A stretch of DNA of 33,177 nucleotides from Rectinemataceae bacterium. GTDB lineage: Bacteria; Spirochaetota; Spirochaetia; Treponematales; Rectinemataceae. The stretch covers positions 1-33,177 of the forward strand of contig JBAQLW010000360.1 in assembly GCA_049302175.1 (NCBI GenBank), read 5' to 3'. Of the stretch, positions 1-9,824 are shown one piece after another; the first letter of the stretch is position 1, and the number at the start of each line of letters is the position of its first letter. The notes under the pieces were generated by a model that saw nothing but the letters and a program-made list of their open reading frames with translations, was not told the DNA's origin and ran no database searches. A program made the translations under genes and the position numbers.

Positions 1-68
1 CCGGCCCTCGGCGGTGCTCCGGGAGCCCCTTTGAATCTCCAGAATCTCTTCAGGAAAAAGTAAGGGAA

Positions 69-1346
69 ATGTACGAGAATCTGCTTGCGCAGGATGCGCT
101 TCGCTCCATCCTTGAAAACGATATCAATGGCGGAACGCTGCCGCCGGCCCTCCTCTTCTCGGGACCGCCCGCCTCGGGAAAGCTGACGGCGGCCCTCGAA
201 ACGGCCAGGATCCTCTCCTGTCAGGGCAAAGCCGCATGGAACTGCGGCTGTCCCGACTGCTCAAGGCACAGGCAGCTGGTCCACCCCGATCTCCTCCTCT
301 TCGGAAAACGGAGTTTCCCCGTGGAGATAATCGCAGCGAAGGAGCTCATCCACCGCAACCCCGGTCAGGCATCGGCCTACTTCTTTCTACGTTCGGTAAG
401 GAAGCTCCTCGCACGATTCAACCCCGTGTTATGGAAGGGCGACGAGACAAAGCTTGCGAAGGCTTCCAGCCTCATACAGTCGATCGAAGAATCCATGGAC
501 ATCATAGTTCCTGAAACCCTGGGCAAGGAAATTCCGGCCCCCGTCGCCGCGGCCGTTGATTCCGCCTATGGCGATGCCCTTTCCCTGGAATCGCTGGCGC
601 CCGAGTCGCCAGGCGTATCGATAATCCGCAACGTAGGCGTCTGGGCCCAGCTGGCACCCACGGGCAAAAGGAAGACTGTCATCATTGAAAACGCCGATCG
701 TATGCAGGATTCGTCCAGGAACGCCATGCTTAAGATGCTTGAGGAACCCCCGGAGACCGTCCGTTTCATCCTCCTCACGAGCCGCCGCGCCTCGATGATG
801 TCGACGATACTCTCCCGTTCCCGCCTCTATTCCTTCGCGCCGAGGGACGCGGCAGCTACCGAGCGGATTCTTGCGCGCGTATTCAGGTCGGAGGAGATGG
901 CGCCGAGCCTCCAGGCATTTTTCGAATCGCGGCTGCCCTTCCCGCCCGCTATCGCCAGACTCCACGCCGAGCGCTTCGCCGGCAGACTCCTCTTCGATCT
1001 GGACGACGGAAGCCCCGTGAAGGGGCCTTACCACCTCTCCCTCGCGTCCGACGCCCAAAGGACGGGAAAATCCATGGCCGAGCTCCTCGATGAGCTTGGC
1101 GAGGCTACAGGGAGCTTCGGCTCCAGGGACAAATCCATGGCAGGATCTTTCAGCCATTTCATGAAGGCGCTGCTGTCGGTATTCTCTGACCTGCTCGCCG
1201 AGTCGGCGGGCGACCCGGCTGTCGTCGCCCTCGTCGACCGCTGGTCGCGTCTGGCGCGCGATGCCGCGGTACAGTATGGCTCCCTGAACCGAAATCCCGA
1301 TCTCCTTGTCAGGGTTCTCGCCACATCCTTCGGAGACAGTACATGA
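69..1346 (+). CDS. holB: DNA polymerase III delta-prime subunit (clamp-loader, HolB-like), longer than usual at the C-terminus
   Basis: 425-aa ORF. It has a degenerate P-loop (LLFSGPPASGKLT), a Cys cluster (WNCGCPDCSRH), an MLKMLEEPP box and a TILSRSR (SRC-like) motif, all typical of delta-prime. Its stop overlaps the next start (ATGA at 1343-1346). Confidence 0.8.
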   Translation: MYENLLAQDALRSILENDINGGTLPPALLFSGPPASGKLTAALETARILSCQGKAAWNCGCPDCSRHRQLVHPDLLLFGKRSFPVEIIAAKELIHRNPGQASAYFFLRSVRKLLARFNPVLWKGDETKLAKASSLIQSIEESMDIIVPETLGKEIPAPVAAAVDSAYGDALSLESLAPESPGVSIIRNVGVWAQLAPTGKRKTVIIENADRMQDSSRNAMLKMLEEPPETVRFILLTSRRASMMSTILSRSRLYSFAPRDAAATERILARVFRSEEMAPSLQAFFESRLPFPPAIARLHAERFAGRLLFDLDDGSPVKGPYHLSLASDAQRTGKSMAELLDELGEATGSFGSRDKSMAGSFSHFMKALLSVFSDLLAESAGDPAVVALVDRWSRLARDAAVQYGSLNRNPDLLVRVLATSFGDST

Positions 1347-2536
1347 AATCTTCATTTTTAGGAAAAGCCTTGTCCCGCGCGGACAGGCTGACGAACGAGC
1401 AGCTGAGGACTCTCTTCAACGAACTCGTCCTCGCCAACGACAGGCTGGAAGCGGCCCTTCAGTCGATGTTCGACGGAATTGTCGTCTGCAATCTGGATCA
1501 CGAACCCGTTTTGATCAATAAATCTGCCGAACGGATTCTTCGCATCCAGGCAGGATGGGGAAACAGCCCCTTTTGGATGGTGGTCACCGATGAGGAGCTC
1601 AAGGACTTTTTCTACAAATCGCTGACCTCGGAAGAGACAATCCTAGGCAACGAATTCGCCCTCCAGAGCTCGGGAGGCACGCGCATCATAGCGATCAGCC
1701 TCTCCGCCCTCCTGTCGGACGAGAGGATAGCCGGTACGATCATACATATCGAGGACATCACCGAAAAACGCAAGAAGGAAACCCAGCTGAGGCGGGCCGA
1801 AAGCCTGGCAGCCCTGACGACCCTGGCGGCGGGCGTAGCCCACGAGATCAACAACCCCCTCGGTTCCATTTCCATCCGTATCCAGCTTCTCGAGAAGATA
1901 ATGCGTGCCGACAGACCCGACAAGACCGCCATGACCATGCACCTGGACGTCGTTAAGGAGGAGATCGAGAGGCTGAAGCAGATTGTCGTCGACTTCCTTT
2001 TCGCGGTCAGGCCTATGGACATCAGGCTCATGAGCGAGAATCCCGGCCCCATCATTGAGGAGATCGCCGAGCTCATATTGCCGGAAGCCGAGCGCAGCGG
2101 CATTGACGTCCAGCTCTCGATCGCGAAAGATCTGCCGCGCGTCCTTCTGGACAAAAGGCACATAAAACAGGCTCTCCTCAACCTCATCCAGAACGCGATG
2201 GCGGCCATGGCCGATGGGGGCACGCTTACCATCAAGGCTGAGAATGTGAGCGATGAAATCCGGATATCCATAGCCGATACGGGGACCGGCATTCCCGAGG
2301 GCCTTCTCACGAAAATTTTCGAGCCATATTTCACGACGAAAAAAAGTGGTACCGGTCTCGGCCTCACCATAACCTTCAAAATCATCAAGGAACATTCGGG
2401 AGACATAAGCCTCGAATCCAAGGAAGGCTCAGGCTCCATCTTCACCATTCATCTTCCCGTTCCCCAGCAGGAGAAGAAATCCCTTCCCCAATGGCAGGAT
2501 TCAGCGGCCATCGCGGGCTCCCAGGCGGAGGCATAA
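1343..2536 (+). CDS. cytoplasmic PAS-domain sensor histidine kinase (NtrB/Hk2-like)
   Basis: 397 aa with no obvious TM segment. PAS-like region (FDGIVVCNLDHEPVLINKSAERIL), H-box (AAGVAHEINNPLGSI), N-box (LLNLIQNAMAAM), G1 (DTGTGIP) and G2 (GTGLGLTI). Confidence 0.88.
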   Translation: MKSSFLGKALSRADRLTNEQLRTLFNELVLANDRLEAALQSMFDGIVVCNLDHEPVLINKSAERILRIQAGWGNSPFWMVVTDEELKDFFYKSLTSEETILGNEFALQSSGGTRIIAISLSALLSDERIAGTIIHIEDITEKRKKETQLRRAESLAALTTLAAGVAHEINNPLGSISIRIQLLEKIMRADRPDKTAMTMHLDVVKEEIERLKQIVVDFLFAVRPMDIRLMSENPGPIIEEIAELILPEAERSGIDVQLSIAKDLPRVLLDKRHIKQALLNLIQNAMAAMADGGTLTIKAENVSDEIRISIADTGTGIPEGLLTKIFEPYFTTKKSGTGLGLTITFKIIKEHSGDISLESKEGSGSIFTIHLPVPQQEKKSLPQWQDSAAIAGSQAEA

Positions 2537-3904
2537 ATGCAGTACACCATTCTCATCGTCGACGACGAAAGGAATATCCGCGACGGCCTGGGAGAAGCCT
2601 TCGCCATGGAAGGCTACCTCACTCTCAAGGCTTCCGACGGACAGGAGGCTATCCAGCTCCTCGACGAGCAGTACATCGATCTTGTCATCACCGACCTGAA
2701 GATGCCGAAAGTCTCGGGAATGGAGCTTCTGCAGCATATCAAGCGGCGATGGCAGAACATCCCTGTCATCATCATCACCGCCCATGGCGACATCTCCGAA
2801 GCGGTTTCGGCCATGCAGTTCGGCGCCCTCGAGTTCATAACAAAGCCCCTCGACCTCGAGCACCTCCTGAAGTTGACGAAGAATGCCCTCGATATCAGGG
2901 AGCTGTCGATCAAGAACCAGGAGCTGCGCGACGAGGTGCTCGCCCAGCAGCGGATAAGTTCTATCATTGGCAAGAGCGCCGCTATGCGAAGGATTTTCGA
3001 TCTCGTGCGCAAGGTTGCTCCCACGAAGGCGAGCGTCCTCATAACGGGGGAATCAGGCGTCGGCAAGGAACTGATCGCCGACGCCATCCACAACCTCTCG
3101 CCGCGGCGCGACAAACCCCTCATAAAAGTGCACTGCGCCGCCCTCGCCGAGAGTCTTCTCGAGAGCGAACTCTTCGGCCACGAAAAGGGCGCGTTCACGG
3201 GAGCGCAGACGAGGAGAAGAGGCCGCTTCGAGCTGGCCGATTCGGGCAGCCTCTTCCTCGATGAGATCGGCGAGATCAACCAGAACGTGCAGATAAAAAT
3301 TCTCCGCGTCCTGCAGGAGAGAAAATTCGAGAGAGTCGGCGGCGAGTCCACAGTCGATGTTGATGTGCGGTTCATAGCGGCTACCAACAGGGATCTCAAG
3401 CTAGAGATCGCAGAAGGGCGCTTCAGGGAAGATTTGTATTACAGGCTCAACGTGGTGAACATCCATGTGCCGCCGCTTCGGGAACGAAGGGAAGATATAC
3501 CCCTCCTCGCCGCCACCTTTCTCCATGAATTTTCGCAGGAGAACGGCAAGCTGGTCGATGGATTCGAACCGAGGGCGCGGCAGGCTCTCTACACCTACGA
3601 CTGGCCGGGCAACGTCAGGGAATTGCGCAACTGCATCGAGAGCGCGGTGGTCATGTCCTCATCGAATTTAATCGGCATCGACGATCTGCCCCCCGGACCG
3701 CGCTCCACGCAGGAGAAGAAGGAGATACATATCCCCGCGCTCAGCACGATCGAGGAAGCGGAGAAAATAATTATAGCCGAAACCCTCGCGATGCTGGGCG
3801 GCAACAAGACTAAGACGGCAGAGGTGCTGAAAATCGGGCGCAAGACCCTATACCAGAAAATCGAAGAATATGGTCTCTTGCCGCGCGGGAAACCGGAAGG
3901 CTGA
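2537..3904 (+). CDS. sigma54-dependent two-component response regulator (NtrC/AtoC/Rrp2 family)
   Basis: 455 aa. Receiver domain (ILIVDDE...DLVITDLKMP). AAA+ sigma54-interaction domain with Walker A (GESGVGKE), ESELFGHEKGAFTGA (GAFTGA loop) and Walker B (LFLDEIGE). C-terminal Fis-type HTH (GGNKTKTAEVLKIGRKTLYQKI). The start abuts the kinase stop (TAAATG). Confidence 0.93.
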   Translation: MQYTILIVDDERNIRDGLGEAFAMEGYLTLKASDGQEAIQLLDEQYIDLVITDLKMPKVSGMELLQHIKRRWQNIPVIIITAHGDISEAVSAMQFGALEFITKPLDLEHLLKLTKNALDIRELSIKNQELRDEVLAQQRISSIIGKSAAMRRIFDLVRKVAPTKASVLITGESGVGKELIADAIHNLSPRRDKPLIKVHCAALAESLLESELFGHEKGAFTGAQTRRRGRFELADSGSLFLDEIGEINQNVQIKILRVLQERKFERVGGESTVDVDVRFIAATNRDLKLEIAEGRFREDLYYRLNVVNIHVPPLRERREDIPLLAATFLHEFSQENGKLVDGFEPRARQALYTYDWPGNVRELRNCIESAVVMSSSNLIGIDDLPPGPRSTQEKKEIHIPALSTIEEAEKIIIAETLAMLGGNKTKTAEVLKIGRKTLYQKIEEYGLLPRGKPEG

Positions 3905-3906
3905 AC

Positions 3907-4719
3907 TCAGAAAATTCCTTTCCGCCTGCTCGTAAGCTTGGCTCTGAGCCTGATTATTGCCTTTGTGTGAAGTTGGCTGATCCTGGACTCGGTGACATCG
4001 AGTATTTGTCCTATTTCGCGTAATGTCAGGTCTTCATAGTAATAGAGGACGAGTACTTTCTTTTCTTTTTCGGGGAGCTCGGTGATCGCCTGCTTGATGA
4101 CGCGACGGATCTCCTCTTTTTCAACGGAGGAATCGGGATTGAGCACATGCGGCGACTCGATGCTTTCGCCGATGCACATGGAGTCGCTATCGCTGCCTGA
4201 ATTCCATATATCGTTGAGCGACAGAATGGCCGTGCTGGAGATTTTACTCATGAGATGGGAGAATTCCTCCTCGCGCAGGTTCATCGACGCGGCGATCTCC
4301 GAGTCGGAGGCCGGTCGTCCGAGCTTGGCTTCGAGGATCATCACGGCCTGCTCGATCTCCTTGGCCTTCTGCCTCACCGAGCGCGGCACCCAGTCCATCT
4401 CCCTGAGGTGGTCGTACATCGCTCCCCTGATCCGCGTCACGGCATAGGTCTTGAATTTGACGTGCTTCTGGGGATCGAACTTGTCGATGGCGTCGAAGAG
4501 GCCAAAGACGCCGTATCCAACGAGGTCGTCGTACTCGACCGACGAAGGAAGGTTGGCCGCCACTTTCCCCGCTACATATTTCACGAGCGGCGCGTACTGT
4601 TCGACGAGATGGTCACGGATTCTTGGATCCCTGTCGCCCTGGTATCGTGTCCAGAGCCCGCACTCCATTTCTTCGGCGGAGCTGTCGATGTTTCTGTTGC
4701 TAGATTCCAGCGAGTTCAT
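3907..4719 (-). CDS. fliA: flagellar RNA polymerase sigma factor sigma28 (FliA/WhiG/SigD family)
   Basis: 270 aa. Region 2 (DLVGYGVFGLFDAIDKFDP...KFKTYAVTRIRGAMYDHLR), region 3 and region 4 (LTLREIGQILDVTESRISQLHTKAIIRLR). GGAGG lies 11 nt upstream of the ATG. Confidence 0.85.
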   Translation of the reverse strand: MNSLESSNRNIDSSAEEMECGLWTRYQGDRDPRIRDHLVEQYAPLVKYVAGKVAANLPSSVEYDDLVGYGVFGLFDAIDKFDPQKHVKFKTYAVTRIRGAMYDHLREMDWVPRSVRQKAKEIEQAVMILEAKLGRPASDSEIAASMNLREEEFSHLMSKISSTAILSLNDIWNSGSDSDSMCIGESIESPHVLNPDSSVEKEEIRRVIKQAITELPEKEKKVLVLYYYEDLTLREIGQILDVTESRISQLHTKAIIRLRAKLTSRRKGIF

Positions 4720-4737
4720 GGCTGATCGGCCCTCCTG

Positions 4738-6108
4738 CTAAAGAATGTATTTGCTCAAATCCTGCCTCTCGGCATAATCCTTGAATTTTCCGTCCACGTA
4801 CGCGGCGTCGATGACGACATCCTGCCCCGCCATTGTGTCGGCCTCAAAAGAAAGATCCTCGAGAAGCCGCTCCAGCACGGTGTGGAGCCGGCGCGCCCCG
4901 ATGTTCTCGGTCTGGGTATTAGCGGCCGCGGCAATCTGGGCGATGCGGTCGATGGCGCTCTTATCGAAGCTGATGTTCACCGATTCAGTCGCCAGAAGTT
5001 GGGTATACTGGGTCACGAGGGCATTCTTGGGCTCGACGAGAATGCGCTCGAAATCCTTGTCGCTGAGCGCTTCTAGTTCGACGCGTATGGGGAACCTTCC
5101 CTGAAGTTCGGGAATGAGGTCTTGTGGTTTTGAGACGTTGAAGGCGCCCGCGGCGATGAAGAGAATGTGGGTCGTATCAACGGCACCCCACTTGGTATTG
5201 ACGGTGGAGCCTTCGACGATGGGCAGAAGATCGCGCTGCACTCCCTCACGCGAAACATCGATGCCCGACGAGCCGCTGCCTCCTTTGTTGGCTATCTTGT
5301 CGAGTTCGTCGATGAAGACGATGCCCGATTCCTGCACCCTTCGCCTGGCTTCCTGTGCCGCCTTGTCGGGATCGACGAGCTTCTCCAGCTCCTCGGTCTC
5401 GAGGATGGGCATGGCTTCGGCGACGGTGACGGTCTTCTTCTTGCGCTTCCCGCCGAACATATTGCCAATGCTGCCCAGGGCGACGCCCATGTCCTCCATC
5501 TGCGTGCCGGCGAACAGCTCAAGCGAGGGGTTCGCCGCAGCCACGGAAATCTCCAGTTCGCGGCCGTCGAGCTTGCCTTCACGCAGGAGCTTCCTGAATT
5601 TCTCCCTTGTCTCGTTCGCGGGCAGAGGCGCGATAAAGGTAGCCTGGGTTGAGCCGACAGGTTCCACCGAGGCGTTGAGCCCCGGGAGGAGTAGGTCTAG
5701 GACATGTTCCTCAGCTCTTCGTTTTGCCTCGGCCGCGACTTCCACCTGCATCTCTTCCTTTACCATGGCGAGGCCTGCCGCCATGAGATCGCGGATCATC
5801 GATTCCACATCGCGACCGACATAGCCCACTTCGGTGAACTTGGTGGCCTCGACCTTGATGAAAGGAGCGCCGCAAAGCTTGGCCAGGCGCTTGGCGATCT
5901 CGGTTTTCCCTACGCCGGTGGGCCCCATCATGAGGATATTCTTGGGCGCTATCTCCGCCCTCATGTCCTCGGGAACGCGCTGGCGGCGCATCCTGTTCCG
6001 AAGCGCTATGGCGACAGCTTTTTTGGCCTTTGTCTGCCCAATGATGTATTTGTCGAGTTCTTCGACGATAGCCCGCGGCGTGAGCGACTCGAATCCCCCT
6101 TGCGTCAT
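4738..6108 (-). CDS. hslU: ATP-dependent protease ATPase subunit HslU (ClpY)
   Basis: 456 aa. N-terminus [30 protein letters not shown], Walker A ([15 protein letters not shown]), [10 protein letters not shown] and C-terminal sensor regions. ATGA overlap with the hslV stop. Confidence 0.96.
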   Translation of the reverse strand: MTQGGFESLTPRAIVEELDKYIIGQTKAKKAVAIALRNRMRRQRVPEDMRAEIAPKNILMMGPTGVGKTEIAKRLAKLCGAPFIKVEATKFTEVGYVGRDVESMIRDLMAAGLAMVKEEMQVEVAAEAKRRAEEHVLDLLLPGLNASVEPVGSTQATFIAPLPANETREKFRKLLREGKLDGRELEISVAAANPSLELFAGTQMEDMGVALGSIGNMFGGKRKKKTVTVAEAMPILETEELEKLVDPDKAAQEARRRVQESGIVFIDELDKIANKGGSGSSGIDVSREGVQRDLLPIVEGSTVNTKWGAVDTTHILFIAAGAFNVSKPQDLIPELQGRFPIRVELEALSDKDFERILVEPKNALVTQYTQLLATESVNISFDKSAIDRIAQIAAAANTQTENIGARRLHTVLERLLEDLSFEADTMAGQDVVIDAAYVDGKFKDYAERQDLSKYIL

Positions 6109-6722
6109 ATTTCCTCCACCATGATCTTGTCGTTCGTGTAGATGCAGATGCCCGCGGCGATCTGGAGGCTTTTGCGCGCGATGTCGGCAGCGCCGAGGAA
6201 TACGATGCCTGGAGCGGCAGAGCCGTCGCCGGGTATCGACAAGCCCACCAGCTTCTCCTCGAAACTTTTGGCGGCTTCAAGGTAGGCCATCGCCGCTGCG
6301 TAGGCGTAGGGACCGCCCGAACCTATGGCCACGGCATCCTCGGCCGGATCCACGACATCCCCCGTTCCCGAAAGGAGGAGGGATTTCTTCGCGTCAGCGA
6401 CGAGGAGCATGGCCTCGAGCTTGCGGAGGATCCTGTCCGTCCTCCAGTCCTTGGCGAGTTCCACGGCGGCGCGCGTGAGATCCCCGCCGAACTCCTGGAT
6501 CTTCACCTCGAAGTGCTCGAGAAGGGCGAAGGCGTCGGCCGTCGCGCCGGCGAAGCCGCAGAGAACTTTTCCGCCGTAGATCGCCCTGACCTTGCGCGCG
6601 TTGCTCTTCATCACCGTGTTGCCAAGGGTGACCTGACCGTCGCCGGCCATGGCGACGTGGCCGCCTTTTCTCACGACGAGAATCGTCGTAGAACGGAATT
6701 TCATATCATCGTTGCCAGACAT
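6105..6722 (-). CDS. hslV: ATP-dependent protease peptidase subunit HslV (ClpQ), with an N-terminal pro-sequence and an internal insertion
   Basis: 205 aa. [34 protein letters not shown] and [11 protein letters not shown]...ICIYTN match HslV. The ATG directly follows the xerC stop (TAAATG). Confidence 0.92.
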   Translation of the reverse strand: MSGNDDMKFRSTTILVVRKGGHVAMAGDGQVTLGNTVMKSNARKVRAIYGGKVLCGFAGATADAFALLEHFEVKIQEFGGDLTRAAVELAKDWRTDRILRKLEAMLLVADAKKSLLLSGTGDVVDPAEDAVAIGSGGPYAYAAAMAYLEAAKSFEEKLVGLSIPGDGSAAPGIVFLGAADIARKSLQIAAGICIYTNDKIMVEEI

Positions 6723-7619
6723 TTATCGCTCCTTTGTGCCGTGCGGATGCGCGAGTTCGTAGACTTTGCGCAGATGTTCCATATCGACATGGGTGTAAAC
6801 CTGCGTCGTCGATATGCTCGAGTGCCCCAACATCTCCTGCACAACCCTGATGTCGGCCCCCGCGGCCACAAGCCCCGTGGCGAAGCTATGCCTGAAGGAA
6901 TGCGGGGAGACAACCTTGCGCATGTTCGAGGCCGCCCTTCGCTTCTCGACGATCTTTTCCATCCCGCGCACCGTGAGGGGGCTGCCCTTCGTATTGATGA
7001 AGGCTCGGCCATGATCCTCAGCCTTGAGCCTCGAGAGCCTCATGGAGCGCAGCACAAGATAGTTAGCCAAGGCTGTCGAGGCCATTTTCCCGAGAAAAAC
7101 CACTCTTTCCTTGGATCCCTTGCCGAGGACGCGGATGAGCCCCCTCGGAAAATCTATGCTCTCAAGCGTCATGCCGGTGATTTCAGAGGCGCGGCAGCCC
7201 GTACTGTAGAGCACTTCGAAGAGAGCCCTGTCCCTCGCGTCCATGAAACCCGTGCCGTCTATGGACTCGATCAACTGCGCCATTTCGTCCTCGAACATGA
7301 ACTTGGGCAGAGGCCGCGTCATCGTCAGGTTTTCAACTTCCCTGCCCGGATCGGACTTCAATCCACCGAAGCGCATCCTGTAGCGGTAATATCCCCTTAT
7401 CGTCGATAGGGCACGGTTGACGCTCGAGGAAGCCTTGCCTTCCATGACCAGGCTTCCCGCGAAGGCTCGGATCTCATGAGCCTGGGCCGCGTCTATATCG
7501 ATGCCCTGAAGAAATGCCTCGTACCGCTCCAGGTCGTCCGCGTAGACCCGAAGGGTCCGCTCGGAGAGACCGCGCACGGATTCGAGATAGGAAAGGTACT
7601 CTTCAATTCGCTTGTCCAT
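6723..7619 (-). CDS. xerC: tyrosine recombinase XerC (CodV-like, directly upstream of hslVU)
   Basis: 298 aa. Catalytic C-terminus HSFRHSFATGLVAAGADIRVVQEMLGHSSISTTQVYTHV...AHPHG. Its position upstream of hslV-hslU matches B. subtilis codV. Confidence 0.8.
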   Translation of the reverse strand: MDKRIEEYLSYLESVRGLSERTLRVYADDLERYEAFLQGIDIDAAQAHEIRAFAGSLVMEGKASSSVNRALSTIRGYYRYRMRFGGLKSDPGREVENLTMTRPLPKFMFEDEMAQLIESIDGTGFMDARDRALFEVLYSTGCRASEITGMTLESIDFPRGLIRVLGKGSKERVVFLGKMASTALANYLVLRSMRLSRLKAEDHGRAFINTKGSPLTVRGMEKIVEKRRAASNMRKVVSPHSFRHSFATGLVAAGADIRVVQEMLGHSSISTTQVYTHVDMEHLRKVYELAHPHGTKER

Positions 7620-7622
7620 CGC

Positions 7623-9818
7623 TCATTCCTCCGGGTGCTCGTCGTCCTTGGCATGGAGATAGTCGCACGAGGGGTTTATGCAAGCCTTGTGGACGCCGGA
7701 AGCCTTGTCGCTCTTTTCCACCAGGAACCAGCCGCATTTGGGACAGAGTTTTTCGGTGGGTTTGTCGTAGGACATGAAATCGCAGGCTGGATAGTTCGTG
7801 CAGCCGTAGAAGGATTTTCTCTTGCCCTTCAGGTTCTTCCTCTCTACGACATCGCCGCCGCATTTGGGACATTTCGCCAAGGGGACGGATTTCGTGTTCT
7901 TGCAGGCGGGAAAGCCCGAACAGGCGAGAAAGTAGCCGAAGCGCCCTAATTTCTTGACCATGGGCTTGCCGCAGAGCTCGCAGATCTTGTCGGTCACCTC
8001 GTCCAGCTGCCCCTTCTTGCTCGAGAGCGTGGCCATGACATCGTCGAGACGGGCCTTGAAGGGGAAGTAGAATTCCTTCATGGCGGCGACCCAGTCCACT
8101 TTTTCGTCCTCGACGTTGTCGAGAAGCTTTTCCATGCCCGCGGTGAAACCTGTCCCTATCACATCGGGAAAATAATCGGTGAGAATTTCGGTTATCATCT
8201 TCCCGAGGGGGGTGGGCGCCAGCTGCTTCGCCTGTCGGGAAACATAGTAGCGCTCCAGGAGGGTGCTGATCGTGGGAGCGTAGGTGGAAGGCCTTCCGAT
8301 GCCCAGTTCCTCGAGCGCTTTGATGATGGAAGCATCGTTGTAGCGGGAAGGACCCTGGGTAAAATGCTGGGTTGCGTGGATCTTCTCGACGGCGAGTTCC
8401 TGACCAACTTCAAGAGCCAGGCTGTGGCTCGCCTTCTCTTCCTTGGAGGCGGCCAGCCGGATCACCTTGTAGAAACCTTCCTCGATGTAGGATGAAGCCG
8501 AAACCCTGAACAAGCCATCACCGATGCCGATATCGGCCGTGACTATGTTCATGATTGCTGGAATCATCTGGGAGGCGACGAACCTCTCCCATATGAGGGC
8601 ATAGAGCCTTAGTTCGTCGCGCTGAAGGTACTTCGACACAGCCTCGGGACTCAGCTCGACGCTGGTAGGCCTGATAGCCTCGTGGGCATCCTGGGACTGC
8701 TTGCCCGAGGCGTAGCGCTGGGCTTGCGGCGGAAGTTGGGCTGGGTAAGTCGCCTCGATCCAGCGTCGCGCCTCGGCGAGGGCGGAATCGGAAATGCGTG
8801 TGGAATCCGTCCTCATGTAGGAGATGAGGCCGGTGCGCTGGGCGCCCATGCTTATGCCTTCGTAGAGCTTCTGGGCTATCTGCATCGTCTTCTTGCTCGT
8901 GAAACCCAGGCGGTTCGCGGCCGTCTGTTGCAGAGTCGACGTGGTGAAGGGAGCCTTGGGTTTTACGATTTTCTCGGCGCTCCGGATTTCCCTCACCGTG
9001 GCCGGCTTGCCTTCCAGAGCCTGAACGATAGCCTTGGCCGCGGCTTCGCTGCCGATCTGCGGCTTCTCGCCCTTGAAGAGGGCAAGATCGGCCTTGATCA
9101 TCGCCTTGTGCGACTTCAGCCCCGCCTCAACCGTCCAATATTCCTCGGGGATGAAGGATTCGACTTCCTTTTCCCTGTCGCAGATCAGCTTGAGCGTCGC
9201 CGACTGGACGCGTCCGGCGGAAAGACCGTTCTTCACCTTCTTCCATAGAAGGGGAGAGAGGTTGTATCCGACGAGCCGGTCGAGGACGCGGCGGGCTTTC
9301 TGGGCATCAACCTTGGAAAGGTCGATCTGCCGCGGGCTCTCAACTGCTTCTCGTATCGCGTTCTGCGTGATCTCGTTGAAGGTTATGCGGGCGATGGGCA
9401 GCCCCGGCTCCTTTTCGCCTATGTACTTGCCTATCTGGTAGGCTATGGCCTCTCCTTCACGGTCGGGGTCCGACGCGAGCATGACGGCATCGGATTTCGA
9501 GGCTTCCTTGACCAGTTCCTTGAGTACGGCAGCCCTTCCCCTTATCGTCAGGTATTCGGGTTCGAAGGCATTGTTCACGTCGACGCCGATGCGCGATTTG
9601 GGAAGGTCGATGAGATGGCCCATCGAGGCGAGGACTTTGTATTTGGAACCGAGGTACTTTTCGATGGTCTTGGCTTTGGCCGGTGATTCCACGATGACGA
9701 GGGTTTTTCTCTTGACGGTTTTCTTGGCCGTCGTTTTTTTTACCGCTGCCGCTTTCGTCGCGGTCTTTTTTATCGCTACGCCTTTTTCTGATTTCATATC
9801 GTCCTTCGCTTTCGCCAT
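7623..9818 (-). CDS. topA: DNA topoisomerase I (type IA) with C-terminal Cys4 zinc ribbons and a Lys/Ala-rich N-terminal tail
   Basis: 731 aa. TOPRIM (LVIVESPAKAKTIEKYLG), active-site region (LISYMRTDS) and three or four CxxC...CxxC modules near the C-terminus. Confidence 0.96.
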   Translation of the reverse strand: MAKAKDDMKSEKGVAIKKTATKAAAVKKTTAKKTVKRKTLVIVESPAKAKTIEKYLGSKYKVLASMGHLIDLPKSRIGVDVNNAFEPEYLTIRGRAAVLKELVKEASKSDAVMLASDPDREGEAIAYQIGKYIGEKEPGLPIARITFNEITQNAIREAVESPRQIDLSKVDAQKARRVLDRLVGYNLSPLLWKKVKNGLSAGRVQSATLKLICDREKEVESFIPEEYWTVEAGLKSHKAMIKADLALFKGEKPQIGSEAAAKAIVQALEGKPATVREIRSAEKIVKPKAPFTTSTLQQTAANRLGFTSKKTMQIAQKLYEGISMGAQRTGLISYMRTDSTRISDSALAEARRWIEATYPAQLPPQAQRYASGKQSQDAHEAIRPTSVELSPEAVSKYLQRDELRLYALIWERFVASQMIPAIMNIVTADIGIGDGLFRVSASSYIEEGFYKVIRLAASKEEKASHSLALEVGQELAVEKIHATQHFTQGPSRYNDASIIKALEELGIGRPSTYAPTISTLLERYYVSRQAKQLAPTPLGKMITEILTDYFPDVIGTGFTAGMEKLLDNVEDEKVDWVAAMKEFYFPFKARLDDVMATLSSKKGQLDEVTDKICELCGKPMVKKLGRFGYFLACSGFPACKNTKSVPLAKCPKCGGDVVERKNLKGKRKSFYGCTNYPACDFMSYDKPTEKLCPKCGWFLVEKSDKASGVHKACINPSCDYLHAKDDEHPEE

Positions 9819-9824
9819 ATTTCT

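Noticed and set aside
1-63. Open frame running in from the left edge (…PLNLQNLFRKK, stop TAA at 61-63), possibly the 3' end of an upstream gene such as tmk.
   Set aside because: Only 20 codons are visible and there is no motif, so it cannot be supported as a feature.
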